From Rhodanobacteraceae bacterium (lineage in GTDB: Bacteria > Pseudomonadota > Gammaproteobacteria > Xanthomonadales > Rhodanobacteraceae), in assembly GCA_035370085.1 (NCBI GenBank), contig DAOOVM010000002.1:1-53464 (forward strand): a stretch of 53,464 nt of DNA. The letters run 5' to 3'. This document shows, in pieces, positions 44,423-53,464 of the stretch. The translations under genes were made by a program, and so were the position numbers. The notes under the pieces are model-generated. The model did no database searches, was not told the origin of the DNA, and saw nothing but the letters and a program-made list of their open reading frames with translations. Within the stretch, counting starts at the first letter, position 1. Each line of letters starts with the position of its first letter.

Positions 44423-45934
44423 TCAGACCTTGGACAGCAGCAGCTGCTGCACCAGTTGCGCGATCGGGGCTTCCATCAGGTCGGTGAGCGGCTTGGGATA
44501 GATGCCGAAGACGAGCACCGCCACGGCGAAGCTGCCGAGCACGATCTTCTCGCGCGGATTCATGTCATCGAGCTTGGTCACCTTGGGATTGGTCACCTCG
44601 CCAAAGACCACACGCTTGACCAGCCACAGCGTGTAGGCCGCACCGATGATCAGGGTGAAGGCGGCCAGTGCGGCCACCCAGGGGTTGGACTGGAAGGCGG
44701 CCAGAATCACCATGAACTCGCCGACAAAGCCACTCGTACCCGGCAAACCGCAGTTGGCCATGGCGAACAGCACCATGAAGGTGGCGAATACCGGCATCAC
44801 GTTCACCACCCCGCCGTAGTCTCGGATCATGCGCGAGTGCAGGCGGTCGTAGAGCACGCCGACGCAGGAGAACATGGCGCCCGAGACGAAGCCGTGCGAG
44901 ATCATCTGCACCATCGCGCCCTGCATGCCCAGGCGCGCGGCGGCCGGGTTGTTCAGGTCGCGCGTCAGCGCCAGTGCGATGAACAGGCCGAGCGTGACGA
45001 AGCCCATGTGCGCGATCGAGGAGTAGGCGATCAGCTTCTTCATGTCCTCCTGCACCAGCGCCACGTAACCGATGTAGATCACGGCCACCAGCGACATGGC
45101 GATCACCACCCAGGCGTAGGTGTGGCTCGCATCAGGCACGATGGGCAGGGAGAAGCGCACGAAACCGTAGCCACCCACCTTCAGCATGATGGCCGCCAGG
45201 ATCACCGAGCCGCCGGTAGGCGCCTCGACATGCGCGTCGGGCAGCCAGGTGTGCACCGGCCACATCGGCACCTTGATGGCGAAGGCGATGAGGAAGGCGA
45301 AGAACAGCCAGGCCTGTTCGCGCGCAGACAGCCCGACGCGGGCAAGTTCTGCCAGTTCGAAGCTGCCGGCCTTGAAGTACAGGTAGATGAGCCCGACCAG
45401 CATGAAGATCGAGCCGAAAAAGGTATAGATGAAGAACTTCAGCGTCGCATACACGCGCCGCGGTCCGCCCCACACGCCGATCAGGATGAACATCGGGATC
45501 AGCATGCCTTCGAAGAAAACGTAGAAAAGCAGCGCGTCCATGGCGCAGAAGACGCCGATCAGCAGGCCTTCCAGCACCAGCATGGCGGCCATGTACTGCG
45601 ACACGCGCTCTTCGACGGACCCCCACGCTCCGATGACGATCAGCACGCTGGTGAAACTGGTGAGCAGCACCAGGGCGAGCGAGATGCCGTCGACGCCGAG
45701 GTGGTAGTTCACCTTGAGTGCGGCGATCCAGGTGTGGTTCTCGACGAACTGCATCGCCGCTGAGCCGCTGTCGAAGCCGGGCAGCAGGCCGAGGCTCGCG
45801 ACGAACGTCGCCAGGGCAACCAGGAGGGCCGTCCAGCGCGCGCCGTTGCCGCGGTCGCCGGCCAGCAGCACGGGCACGGCACCGAGGATGGGCAGCCAGA
45901 TGAGGAGACTGAGCAGGGGCCAGTTGGCAAACAT
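44423..45934 (-). CDS. nuoM: NADH-quinone oxidoreductase subunit M
   Basis: KVPMWPVHTWLPDAHVEAP, KKLIAYSSIAHMG, GLPGTSGFVGEF. Confidence 0.97.
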   Translation of the reverse strand: MFANWPLLSLLIWLPILGAVPVLLAGDRGNGARWTALLVALATFVASLGLLPGFDSGSAAMQFVENHTWIAALKVNYHLGVDGISLALVLLTSFTSVLIVIGAWGSVEERVSQYMAAMLVLEGLLIGVFCAMDALLFYVFFEGMLIPMFILIGVWGGPRRVYATLKFFIYTFFGSIFMLVGLIYLYFKAGSFELAELARVGLSAREQAWLFFAFLIAFAIKVPMWPVHTWLPDAHVEAPTGGSVILAAIMLKVGGYGFVRFSLPIVPDASHTYAWVVIAMSLVAVIYIGYVALVQEDMKKLIAYSSIAHMGFVTLGLFIALALTRDLNNPAAARLGMQGAMVQMISHGFVSGAMFSCVGVLYDRLHSRMIRDYGGVVNVMPVFATFMVLFAMANCGLPGTSGFVGEFMVILAAFQSNPWVAALAAFTLIIGAAYTLWLVKRVVFGEVTNPKVTKLDDMNPREKIVLGSFAVAVLVFGIYPKPLTDLMEAPIAQLVQQLLLSKV

Positions 45935-45953
45935 CGTGTCCTTCCTTCGTCGC

Positions 45954-47993
45954 TCAGCGCGCCACCAGCAAGAACCCGCCGAGCAGCAGGATCAGGCCCA
46001 GGATCATGGCAAAGGCGTAGTGGTAGAGGTAGCCGGACTGCACGCGGCGCACGACCGCGGCCACGCGCTGGACCAGACCGGCAGAGCCGTCGATCAGCAC
46101 CCCGTCGATGACCGCCGCGTCGCCGCCCTTCCACAGACCGCGCCCCAGCTTCATGCCGCCCTTGGCAAACACGGCAAAGTACAGATCGTCGATCCAGTAC
46201 TTGTTCTGCAGCAGGCGCACCAGCGGCGCGAACAGGGTAGCAGCCTTGTCGGCCAAAGCCGGATTGAACAGATACACGTAGGTGGCCACGGCGAAACCGG
46301 CGAAGGCGAGCAGGAAGGGCCACGCCAGGACGCCGTGCAGCACCATGGCCAACGGACCGTGGAACTCGTGACCCAGCTCCTTGAGCACGTCGTTGGCCTC
46401 GTGGACCTGGATGGCGCCATCGAAGAAGCCGCCGAACAGCAGAGGCCGCACGGTGAGCCAGCCGATGATGACCGACGGAATGGCCAGCAGGATCAGCGGC
46501 AGGGTGACGACCCAAGGCGACTCGTGCGGCGCGTGGGCCAGGTGGCCCGGCGCGTGGTGGCCGTGGTGCTCGTCCTGATCCTCGTGGTGGTGATGGCCGT
46601 GGCCGTGCTTGGGCGCATCGACCACGAAACGCTCCTTGCCGTGGTAGGTCAGGTAGAGCAGGCGGAAACTGTAGAGTGCGGTGACGAACACGCCGATGAG
46701 CACGCAGGCATAGGCATAGCCCGAGCCGAAGCGGTGCGACTCCTTCACCGCCTCGATGATGGCGTCCTTGGAGAAAAAGCCAGAGAAGCCCGGCATACCG
46801 GTGAGCGCGAGAGTGCCGAGCCAACCGGTGAGGAAGGTGATGGGCATGTACTTCTTCAAGCCGCCCATGTGGCGCATGTCCTGCTCGTGATGCATGGCGA
46901 TGATCACCGAGCCCGCCCCAAGGAACAGCAGCGCCTTGAAGAAGGCGTGGGTCATCAGATGGAAGATCGCCGCCGAGTAGGCCGACACGCCCAGGGCCAC
47001 GGTCATGTAGCCGAGCTGGGACAGGGTCGAATAGGCCACCACGCGCTTTACGTCGTTCTGCACTATGCCAATGAGGCCGGTGAACAGCGCCGTGGTCGCC
47101 CCGATGACGAGCACGAACGACAGCGCGGCGTCGCTCATCTCGTACAGCGGCGACATGCGCGCCACCATGAAGATGCCGGCCGTGACCATCGTCGCGGCGT
47201 GGATCAGCGCCGAGATGGGCGTGGGGCCTTCCATCGAATCCGGCAGCCAAACGTGCAGCGGCACCTGAGCCGACTTGCCCATGGCGCCGATGAACAGCAG
47301 CACGCCGATGACCGTAGCAGCGGACCAGACGTGGCCGCGGATGAGTTCCATGGTCTTGCCTTCCAGTCCTCCCGCGGCGCCAAAAACTTGGGCGTAATCC
47401 AGCGTGCCGAAGTAGAAGAGCACCGCGGCAATGCCCAGCAGGAAACCGAAATCGCCGACGCGATTGACCAGGAAGGCCTTCAGATTGGCGAAAATGGCGC
47501 TCGGGCGCCTGAACCAGAAGCCGATGAGCAGGTAGGACACGAGACCCACCGCCTCCCAGCCGAAGAACAGCTGCAGGAAGTTGTTGCTCATCACCAGCAT
47601 GAGCATGGAGAACGTGAACAGCGAGATGTAGCTGAAGAAGCGCTGATAGCCCGGATCCTCGGCCATGTAGCCGATGGTGTAGATGTGCACGAGCAGCGAG
47701 ACGGAGGTGACCACCACCATCATCACGGCGGTGAGCCGGTCGACGAGGAAGCCGACGTTGGCCGACAGCGGCCCCACCTGGAACCAGGTGTAGAGATTTT
47801 CGTTGAACACGCCCCAGCCGCCGCTGGCTTCCATGTACAGCACGTACATGGACAGCAGGGCCGAGATGCCGACGCCGAGGATGGTGACCGAGTGCGCACC
47901 AGCGCGGCCGATCTGCCGTCCGAAAAAGCCCGCGGCGATGGCGCCGAAGAGCGGCGCGAGGGCGATGACGAGGAGGATCAACTTGGGAGTCAT
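45954..47993 (-). CDS. nuoL: NADH-quinone oxidoreductase subunit L
   Basis: GKSAQVPLHVWLPDSMEGPTPISALIHAATMV, THAFFKALLF. Confidence 0.97.
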   Translation of the reverse strand: MTPKLILLVIALAPLFGAIAAGFFGRQIGRAGAHSVTILGVGISALLSMYVLYMEASGGWGVFNENLYTWFQVGPLSANVGFLVDRLTAVMMVVVTSVSLLVHIYTIGYMAEDPGYQRFFSYISLFTFSMLMLVMSNNFLQLFFGWEAVGLVSYLLIGFWFRRPSAIFANLKAFLVNRVGDFGFLLGIAAVLFYFGTLDYAQVFGAAGGLEGKTMELIRGHVWSAATVIGVLLFIGAMGKSAQVPLHVWLPDSMEGPTPISALIHAATMVTAGIFMVARMSPLYEMSDAALSFVLVIGATTALFTGLIGIVQNDVKRVVAYSTLSQLGYMTVALGVSAYSAAIFHLMTHAFFKALLFLGAGSVIIAMHHEQDMRHMGGLKKYMPITFLTGWLGTLALTGMPGFSGFFSKDAIIEAVKESHRFGSGYAYACVLIGVFVTALYSFRLLYLTYHGKERFVVDAPKHGHGHHHHEDQDEHHGHHAPGHLAHAPHESPWVVTLPLILLAIPSVIIGWLTVRPLLFGGFFDGAIQVHEANDVLKELGHEFHGPLAMVLHGVLAWPFLLAFAGFAVATYVYLFNPALADKAATLFAPLVRLLQNKYWIDDLYFAVFAKGGMKLGRGLWKGGDAAVIDGVLIDGSAGLVQRVAAVVRRVQSGYLYHYAFAMILGLILLLGGFLLVAR

Positions 47994-47999
47994 GTCGCG

Positions 48000-48305
48000 T
48001 CAGCCCTTCATCGAGTCGATTTCGGCCACGTTGATCGTGCTGCGATTGCGGAACAGCACGACCAGGATGGCGAGACCGATCGCCGACTCGGCGGCGGCCA
48101 CGGTGAGGATGAAGAACACGAACACCTGCCCCGCCGGGTCGCCGAAAAAGCGCGAGAAGGCCACGAAATTCATGTTCACCGCCAGCAGCATCAGCTCGAT
48201 CGCCATCAGCAGCACGATGACGTTCTTGCGGTTGATGAAGATGCCGGCCACGGAGATGCAGAACAGGATCGCGCCGAGCACGATGAAATGGGCCAGGGTG
48301 ATCAC
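48000..48305 (-). CDS. nuoK: NADH-quinone oxidoreductase subunit K
   Basis: [22 protein letters not shown]. Confidence 0.96.
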   Translation of the reverse strand: MITLAHFIVLGAILFCISVAGIFINRKNVIVLLMAIELMLLAVNMNFVAFSRFFGDPAGQVFVFFILTVAAAESAIGLAILVVLFRNRSTINVAEIDSMKG

Positions 48306-48919
48306 GGCGCACCTCCCTCGATGCGTTCGGCCGGCATCTTGACGACGCGCAGGCGCTCGTCGCGCTTCACCATGACCTGCAGGCTCGGGTTCTGCGTCTT
48401 CACACCGCTGCGCTTGCGCAGGGTCAGTGCCACCGCCGCCACCAGGGCCACGGTGAGGATGAGCGCGGCGATCTCGAAGGGCAGCAGGAACTGGTTGAAC
48501 AGCGTCTGGCCGAGCCAGGCGGTGTTGCTAAGCTTCATGGCTTCCGCCGGATCGGGGGGCAACCCCTGTGCGGCCATGGAGCGCACGCCGATCAGGGCAA
48601 GCATCTCAACCAGCATCACTGCAGCCACGATGACACCCACCGGCAGGAAGCGGATGAAGCCCTCGCGCATCACTTCCGGCTTGATGTCGAGCATCATCAC
48701 CACGAACAGGAACAAGACCATCACCGCGCCGACGTAGACCACAACAAGGGCGATACCGAGGAATTCGGCCTGGATGAGCAGCCAGGTGGCCGCGCTGGAG
48801 AAGAACGCCAGCACGAGGCACAGCACGGCGTGGACCGGATTGCGCACCGTGATCGTGGCGAGGGCTGCGCCGACGATGACCGTGGCGAAGGCGTAGAAGC
48901 AGAAGAGCTGGGGCGTCAT
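48302..48919 (-). CDS. nuoJ: NADH-quinone oxidoreductase subunit J
   Basis: [32 protein letters not shown]. Confidence 0.96.
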   Translation of the reverse strand: MTPQLFCFYAFATVIVGAALATITVRNPVHAVLCLVLAFFSSAATWLLIQAEFLGIALVVVYVGAVMVLFLFVVMMLDIKPEVMREGFIRFLPVGVIVAAVMLVEMLALIGVRSMAAQGLPPDPAEAMKLSNTAWLGQTLFNQFLLPFEIAALILTVALVAAVALTLRKRSGVKTQNPSLQVMVKRDERLRVVKMPAERIEGGAP

Positions 48920-48938
48920 GCGTTCGTCTCCCGGGCGC

Positions 48939-49430
48939 TCAGCGGTACGCCGCGTCCTGCGCGCGCGCCGCGGCGATATCCGCCTCGAAGCGATCGCCGA
49001 TGGCCAGCAGCTGGGCCTTGGTCACGACGTTCTGGCCGCGCTGCTCGAAGTGGTACTCGTGGATATCGGTCTCGACGATCGAGTCCACCGGGCAGCTTTC
49101 CTCGCAGAAGCCGCAGAAGATGCACTTGAACAGGTCGATGTCGTAGCGCGTGGTGCGGCGCTGGCCGTCGCTGGCGCGCGGCGCGGAGTCGATGGTGATG
49201 GCGAGCGCCGGGCACACCGCTTCGCACAGCTTGCAGGCAATGCAGCGCTCCTCGCCGTTCGGGTAGCGGCGCAGGGCGTGCAGGCCGCGGAAGCGATTCG
49301 ACTTCGGAATCTTCTCCATCGGGTACTGCATGGTGTACTTGGGCTTGAACATGTAGCGCCAGGTCAGCCACATGCCCTGCAGCATCTCGATCAGCAGCAG
49401 GCTCTTGAAGTAGTGGACTACGCGATTCAT
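48939..49430 (-). CDS. nuoI: NADH-quinone oxidoreductase subunit I
   Basis: [12 protein letters not shown] and [12 protein letters not shown] ferredoxin motifs; start MNRVVHY at 49430. Confidence 0.97.
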   Translation of the reverse strand: MNRVVHYFKSLLLIEMLQGMWLTWRYMFKPKYTMQYPMEKIPKSNRFRGLHALRRYPNGEERCIACKLCEAVCPALAITIDSAPRASDGQRRTTRYDIDLFKCIFCGFCEESCPVDSIVETDIHEYHFEQRGQNVVTKAQLLAIGDRFEADIAAARAQDAAYR

Positions 49431-49438
49431 GGTCTGCC

Positions 49439-50491
49439 TCACGCGCCGACGGTGACGACGCCGAAGTAGGCGAACAGCCCGGCGACAAACACCCAGGCGA
49501 TGGCGATGGGAATGAAAACCTTCCAGCCCAGGCGCATGATCTGGTCGTAGCGGTAGCGCGGGAACGTGGCGCGGAACCACAGGAAGGCGAAGGCGAACAC
49601 GAAGGCCTTGGCGAACAGCCACCACCAGCCGGGCGCCGACAGCAGTCCCAGGCCGAGCCCCTGGAACGGCGAGAGCCAGCCGCCCATGAACAGGATCGCC
49701 GCCAGGAAGGAAATCAGGATCATGTTCGCGTATTCGGCGAGGAAGAAGATCGCGAACGCGGATCCGGAGTACTCCACGTGAAAGCCGGCGACGATTTCCG
49801 ACTCGCCTTCCGCCACGTCGAAGGGCGCACGGTTGGTTTCCGCCGTGCCCGAGATGAAATAGATCACGAACATCGGCAGCAGCGGGAACCAGAACCAGTC
49901 GAAAGGTCCCTTGCTGCCCGCCTGGGCGTTGACGATGTCGGACAGGTTGAGCGAGCCGGCAAGGATGAGCACGCACACCAGGGCCATGCCCATGGCGATT
50001 TCATAACTCACCACCTGGGCGGCGGAACGCATGGCGCCGAGGAAGGCGTACTTGGAATTCGACGCCCAGCCGGCAAGGATGATGCCGTATACGCCAAGCG
50101 AGGTCATGGCGAGCAGATACAGCAGGCCCGCGTTGGCGTTCGACCAGGCGACGCCGCTGCCCATCGGCACCACCGCCCAGGCTGCCATGGCCGGCGCCAG
50201 CGCCAGCAGGGGCGCCGAGTAGAAGAGGAATCGGTTCGCCTTCTGCGGAACCGTGATTTCCTTGAACAGCAGCTTGAACACGTCGGCGAAGGCCTGCGCC
50301 AGGCCGGCCGGACCAACCTGGTTCGGTCCCAGGCGCACGTGCATCCAGCCGATCACCTTGCGCTCCCACCACACGTACATCGCCACCGAGATGATCAGCG
50401 GCAGCATGGGGAAGACGAACAGGCCGATCGCGAGCGACAGCGTCGGATAGTTCGCGTAGGACCAGTGGATGAAGGAGGTCAGTGCGTCCAT
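49439..50491 (-). CDS. nuoH: NADH-quinone oxidoreductase subunit H
   Basis: [41 protein letters not shown]; start MDALTSF at 50491. Confidence 0.97.
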   Translation of the reverse strand: MDALTSFIHWSYANYPTLSLAIGLFVFPMLPLIISVAMYVWWERKVIGWMHVRLGPNQVGPAGLAQAFADVFKLLFKEITVPQKANRFLFYSAPLLALAPAMAAWAVVPMGSGVAWSNANAGLLYLLAMTSLGVYGIILAGWASNSKYAFLGAMRSAAQVVSYEIAMGMALVCVLILAGSLNLSDIVNAQAGSKGPFDWFWFPLLPMFVIYFISGTAETNRAPFDVAEGESEIVAGFHVEYSGSAFAIFFLAEYANMILISFLAAILFMGGWLSPFQGLGLGLLSAPGWWWLFAKAFVFAFAFLWFRATFPRYRYDQIMRLGWKVFIPIAIAWVFVAGLFAYFGVVTVGA

Positions 50492-50496
50492 GTCGC

Positions 50497-52839
50497 TCAG
50501 GCCTTGCTGATCGCGAGATCGGCGCCGTAGGGCGGCAGCGCGCTCGTCTCGGTGTAGGCGGACTCGATCCACGCCGCACCGCGCGGCACGGCGCGGCTGA
50601 CGTGCACCGGCAGGGTGGCCGTCCCGGCGGGACCGGACACCTTGGCCATGGCGCCCTGCCCCAGGCCCAGGGCCAGCGCGTCTTCCGCGTTCAGGCCGAG
50701 CGCGGCACCGGAAGTGAGCGGATGCGACTGCAGGGGTTCGCAACGGCGCAACACGTCGTCACCGCGGTAGATGGGCGTGGTGGCGATGCGCGCGATGCCG
50801 CGGGCCGCGGCACGCGAGGCGAGCTTGTGCGCACGCCGCGGCACAGCGCCCAGCGCGGCGAGATCGGCGCGCACCGGTGCGAGGTCGACGAAATCGAACC
50901 CGGCGAGCCCGAGCTTTTCACCCAGGGCACGCAGGGCCTTCCAGCCTGGACGCGCCTCTCCCGGCAGCTTGGCGCCGGCCGTGACCGTCTGGACGATGCC
51001 ATTGAGGTTGACGACCGTGCCGTCGATCTCCGGCAGCGCACCGATCGGCAGGATGACTTCGGCCAGCGCCTTGAGGTGCTCGCTGGCGTAGCGGCTGAAA
51101 GCGATCACCACCTCGGCCGCGGACAGCGCCTTCATGGCGCTGGCGCCGTCGGCGACATCGAACGGCGGCTCGACACCGTACAGCAAGTAGGCCTTGCGCG
51201 GCAGCGCGAGCATGGTGCGCGCGTCGAGCCCAGCTTCAGCCGGCAGGACGCCGGCCCGGGCCAGACCGACCGCGTTGGCACCCTGCGGAATCTCGTTGTA
51301 TCCGGACTGGGTGTGCTGGGCGACGAAGCGAGCTGCCGCGCGCAGCAGCGATGCCTGCGGATGGGTGACCGCGGACTCGCCCAGAATCAGCACCGAAGAC
51401 GCGGCCTCACCAAGGGACTTCGCCAGTGCCTTCGCCGCCTCGTCGGCGCTGACGCTGCCGATCGCCGCATCGAGCTCGGCGGCCTCGGGCACATGGCCGC
51501 TGTCGCGCACGGCGCGGGCCAGCTTGAGCACGGCCTCCACCAGCGCGTCCGGTGCGAGCACCTGCTTGCTGGTCAGCTCATAGTTGAAATTGAAGTCCAG
51601 CGGATTGAGCGCGTGCACCTTGGCGCCTCGCTTCCACGCCTTGCGCACGCGCTGGTTCACCAGCGGCAGCTCGAAGCGCAGATTGCAGCCCACCAAGAGG
51701 ATGGCGTTGGCTTTCTCGATGTCGGCCACGGGTGTGTCGAAACCGTGTCCGGCCGCGCCATCGGCGAAGTCGAGCTGGCGCAGGCGGTGGTCGATGTGCT
51801 TGGAGCCCAGCCCACGCGCCAGGCGCGCCAGCAGCGCACCTTCTTCGCTGGTCGTGGCCGGATGTACCAGCACGCCCAGGTCATCGCCGGCATGGGCCTT
51901 CAACTTCTCCACCACGAAGGCCAGGGCCTCGTGCCAGCCCACTTCGTTCCACTGCCCGCGCTTCTTCAGCAGCGGCCTGGTCACGCGGTCGGCGGCATAC
52001 AGACCCGTGTGACTGTAGCGGTCGCGATCGGAAAGCCAGCACTCGTTGATGGCTTCGTTGTCGCGCGGCACGGTGCGCAGCACCTCGCCGCGGCGCGTAT
52101 GCAGCCAGAGGTTGGAGCCCAGCGCGTCGTGGTATGCCACCGACTCGCGCGCGATCAGCTCCCAGGCGCGCGCCTGGAAACGGAAAGGCTTGTTGGTGAG
52201 CGCACCGACCGGGCAGACGTCGATGATGTTGCCGCCGATCTCGCTCTCGATGGTCTTGCCGATGTAGGTGCCGATCTCCAGGTTCTCGCCGCGGCTCATG
52301 CCACCGAGCTCATAGGTGCCGGCTACCTCGCTGACGAAACGCACGCAGCGCGTGCACTGGATGCAGCGCGTCATCTCCGTGGCGATCAGGGGGCCAAGAT
52401 CCTCGTCCGCCACCGAGCGCTTGCCCTCGACGAAGCGGCTGACCGAGCGACCGTAGCCCATCGACACGTCCTGCAGCTCGCACTCGCCACCCTGATCGCA
52501 GATCGGACAGTCGAGCGGATGGTTGATCAGCAGGAACTCCATCACGTTGCGCTGCGAGGCCAGGGCCTTGGTCGAGCGCGTCTGCACCTTCATGCCTTCC
52601 ATCACCGGCGTGGCGCAGGCGGGCATCGGCTTGGGCGACTTCTCCACCTCAACCAGGCACATGCGGCAGTTGGCCGCGATCGGCAGCTTGTCGTGGTAGC
52701 AGAAGCGCGGGATGGCGATGCCGGCCTTGTCGGCGGCCTGGATGATCATCGAGCCCTTGGGCGCGGTCATCGCCTGGCCGTCGATCTCGATATTGACGTG
52801 ATCGGGCGGCGTGTTCGGATTGACGGGCTGGGCACTCAT
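50497..52839 (-). CDS. nuoG: NADH-quinone oxidoreductase subunit G
   Basis: [45 protein letters not shown]. Confidence 0.97.
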   Translation of the reverse strand: MSAQPVNPNTPPDHVNIEIDGQAMTAPKGSMIIQAADKAGIAIPRFCYHDKLPIAANCRMCLVEVEKSPKPMPACATPVMEGMKVQTRSTKALASQRNVMEFLLINHPLDCPICDQGGECELQDVSMGYGRSVSRFVEGKRSVADEDLGPLIATEMTRCIQCTRCVRFVSEVAGTYELGGMSRGENLEIGTYIGKTIESEIGGNIIDVCPVGALTNKPFRFQARAWELIARESVAYHDALGSNLWLHTRRGEVLRTVPRDNEAINECWLSDRDRYSHTGLYAADRVTRPLLKKRGQWNEVGWHEALAFVVEKLKAHAGDDLGVLVHPATTSEEGALLARLARGLGSKHIDHRLRQLDFADGAAGHGFDTPVADIEKANAILLVGCNLRFELPLVNQRVRKAWKRGAKVHALNPLDFNFNYELTSKQVLAPDALVEAVLKLARAVRDSGHVPEAAELDAAIGSVSADEAAKALAKSLGEAASSVLILGESAVTHPQASLLRAAARFVAQHTQSGYNEIPQGANAVGLARAGVLPAEAGLDARTMLALPRKAYLLYGVEPPFDVADGASAMKALSAAEVVIAFSRYASEHLKALAEVILPIGALPEIDGTVVNLNGIVQTVTAGAKLPGEARPGWKALRALGEKLGLAGFDFVDLAPVRADLAALGAVPRRAHKLASRAAARGIARIATTPIYRGDDVLRRCEPLQSHPLTSGAALGLNAEDALALGLGQGAMAKVSGPAGTATLPVHVSRAVPRGAAWIESAYTETSALPPYGADLAISKA

Positions 52840-53464
52840 GCAGCCACTCCCACGGACTTGACCACGGTGCCGGCGCGCTCGTCGTCGACGAGGAAGCGCT
52901 TGTTCACGATGGCGTATTCGAATTCATGCCAGAAGTGGCGCAGAAAGCCCTGTACCGGCCAGGCCGCGGCCTCGCCGAAGGCGCAGATCGTGTGGCCTTC
53001 GATCTGTCCCGCAGCGCGCTTGAGCATGTCGAGGTCGGACAACTCGGCCTTGCCCGCGGCGATGCGCGTCAACATGCGGTACATCCAGCCCGTGCCCTCG
53101 CGGCAGGGCGTGCACTGGCCGCAGGATTCTGCGTAGTAGAAGCGGCTGATGCGCTGGCAGGCGCGTACCATGCAGGTGGTTTCATCCATCACGATGACCG
53201 CGCCCGAACCGAGGCCCGACCCGGCCTTCTGGATCGAGTCGTAGTCCATGGTGCACTCGAGCATCTTGTCGCCCGGCAGCACCGGCATGGAGGAACCGCC
53301 CGGGATCACCGCCTTGAGCTTGCGCCCGCCGCGCACGCCGCCGGCCATCTCCAGCAGGTCCTGGAAGGGCGTGCCGAGGCGGATCTCGTAGTTTCCCGGC
53401 TTGGCGACGTGTCCCGACACCGAGAAGATCTTCGGGCCGCCGTTGTTGGGCTTGCCCAGATTCA
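52836..53464 (-). CDS. nuoF: NADH-quinone oxidoreductase subunit F (5' part outside window)
   Basis: IPGGSS, ESCGQCTPCREG, GHTICAFGEAAAWP. Confidence 0.97.
   Translation of the reverse strand, partial: NLGKPNNGGPKIFSVSGHVAKPGNYEIRLGTPFQDLLEMAGGVRGGRKLKAVIPGGSSMPVLPGDKMLECTMDYDSIQKAGSGLGSGAVIVMDETTCMVRACQRISRFYYAESCGQCTPCREGTGWMYRMLTRIAAGKAELSDLDMLKRAAGQIEGHTICAFGEAAAWPVQGFLRHFWHEFEYAIVNKRFLVDDERAGTVVKSVGVAA

Noticed and set aside
52090-52150. NuoG lacks the N7 Fe-S cysteine motif ([10 protein letters not shown])
   Set aside because: N7 is absent in many complex I lineages; not unusual

Overview
High-GC core-chromosome segment, most likely from a Xanthomonadales/Lysobacterales bacterium (inferred from gene content and order, GyrA Gln83 and class III phaEC). 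It contains the end of sucB, lpdA, a SAM methyltransferase, an AcuI/YhdH reductase, an orphan PilH, cbpA/hsp20/peroxiredoxin, gyrA, a GtrA/GT2/putative GT-C glycosylation trio between mtnA and gyrA, an ABC exporter, a TyrA-like dehydrogenase, phaEC, the tRNA-fMet-rimP-nusA-infB-rbfA-truB-rpsO-pnp region, class I fumarase, several poorly characterised genes, dctA, ppsA/ppsR, a tRNA-Ala-Glu-Asp operon, a CPA2 antiporter and nuoF(partial)-nuoN. I see no integrase, transposase, CRISPR array or defence system, and no strong evidence of a wholly new system. Best leads: the Gtr-like trio; a small gene split by one in-frame TAG at 32052-32054; a 75-bp AT-ending codon patch inside truB; a chorismate-mutase-like remnant on TyrA; a histone-like tail on PhaE; and several apparently leaderless genes. 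Gene calls come from recognising protein sequences by eye; no database searches were run. Several start codons were moved downstream of those in the ORF track.
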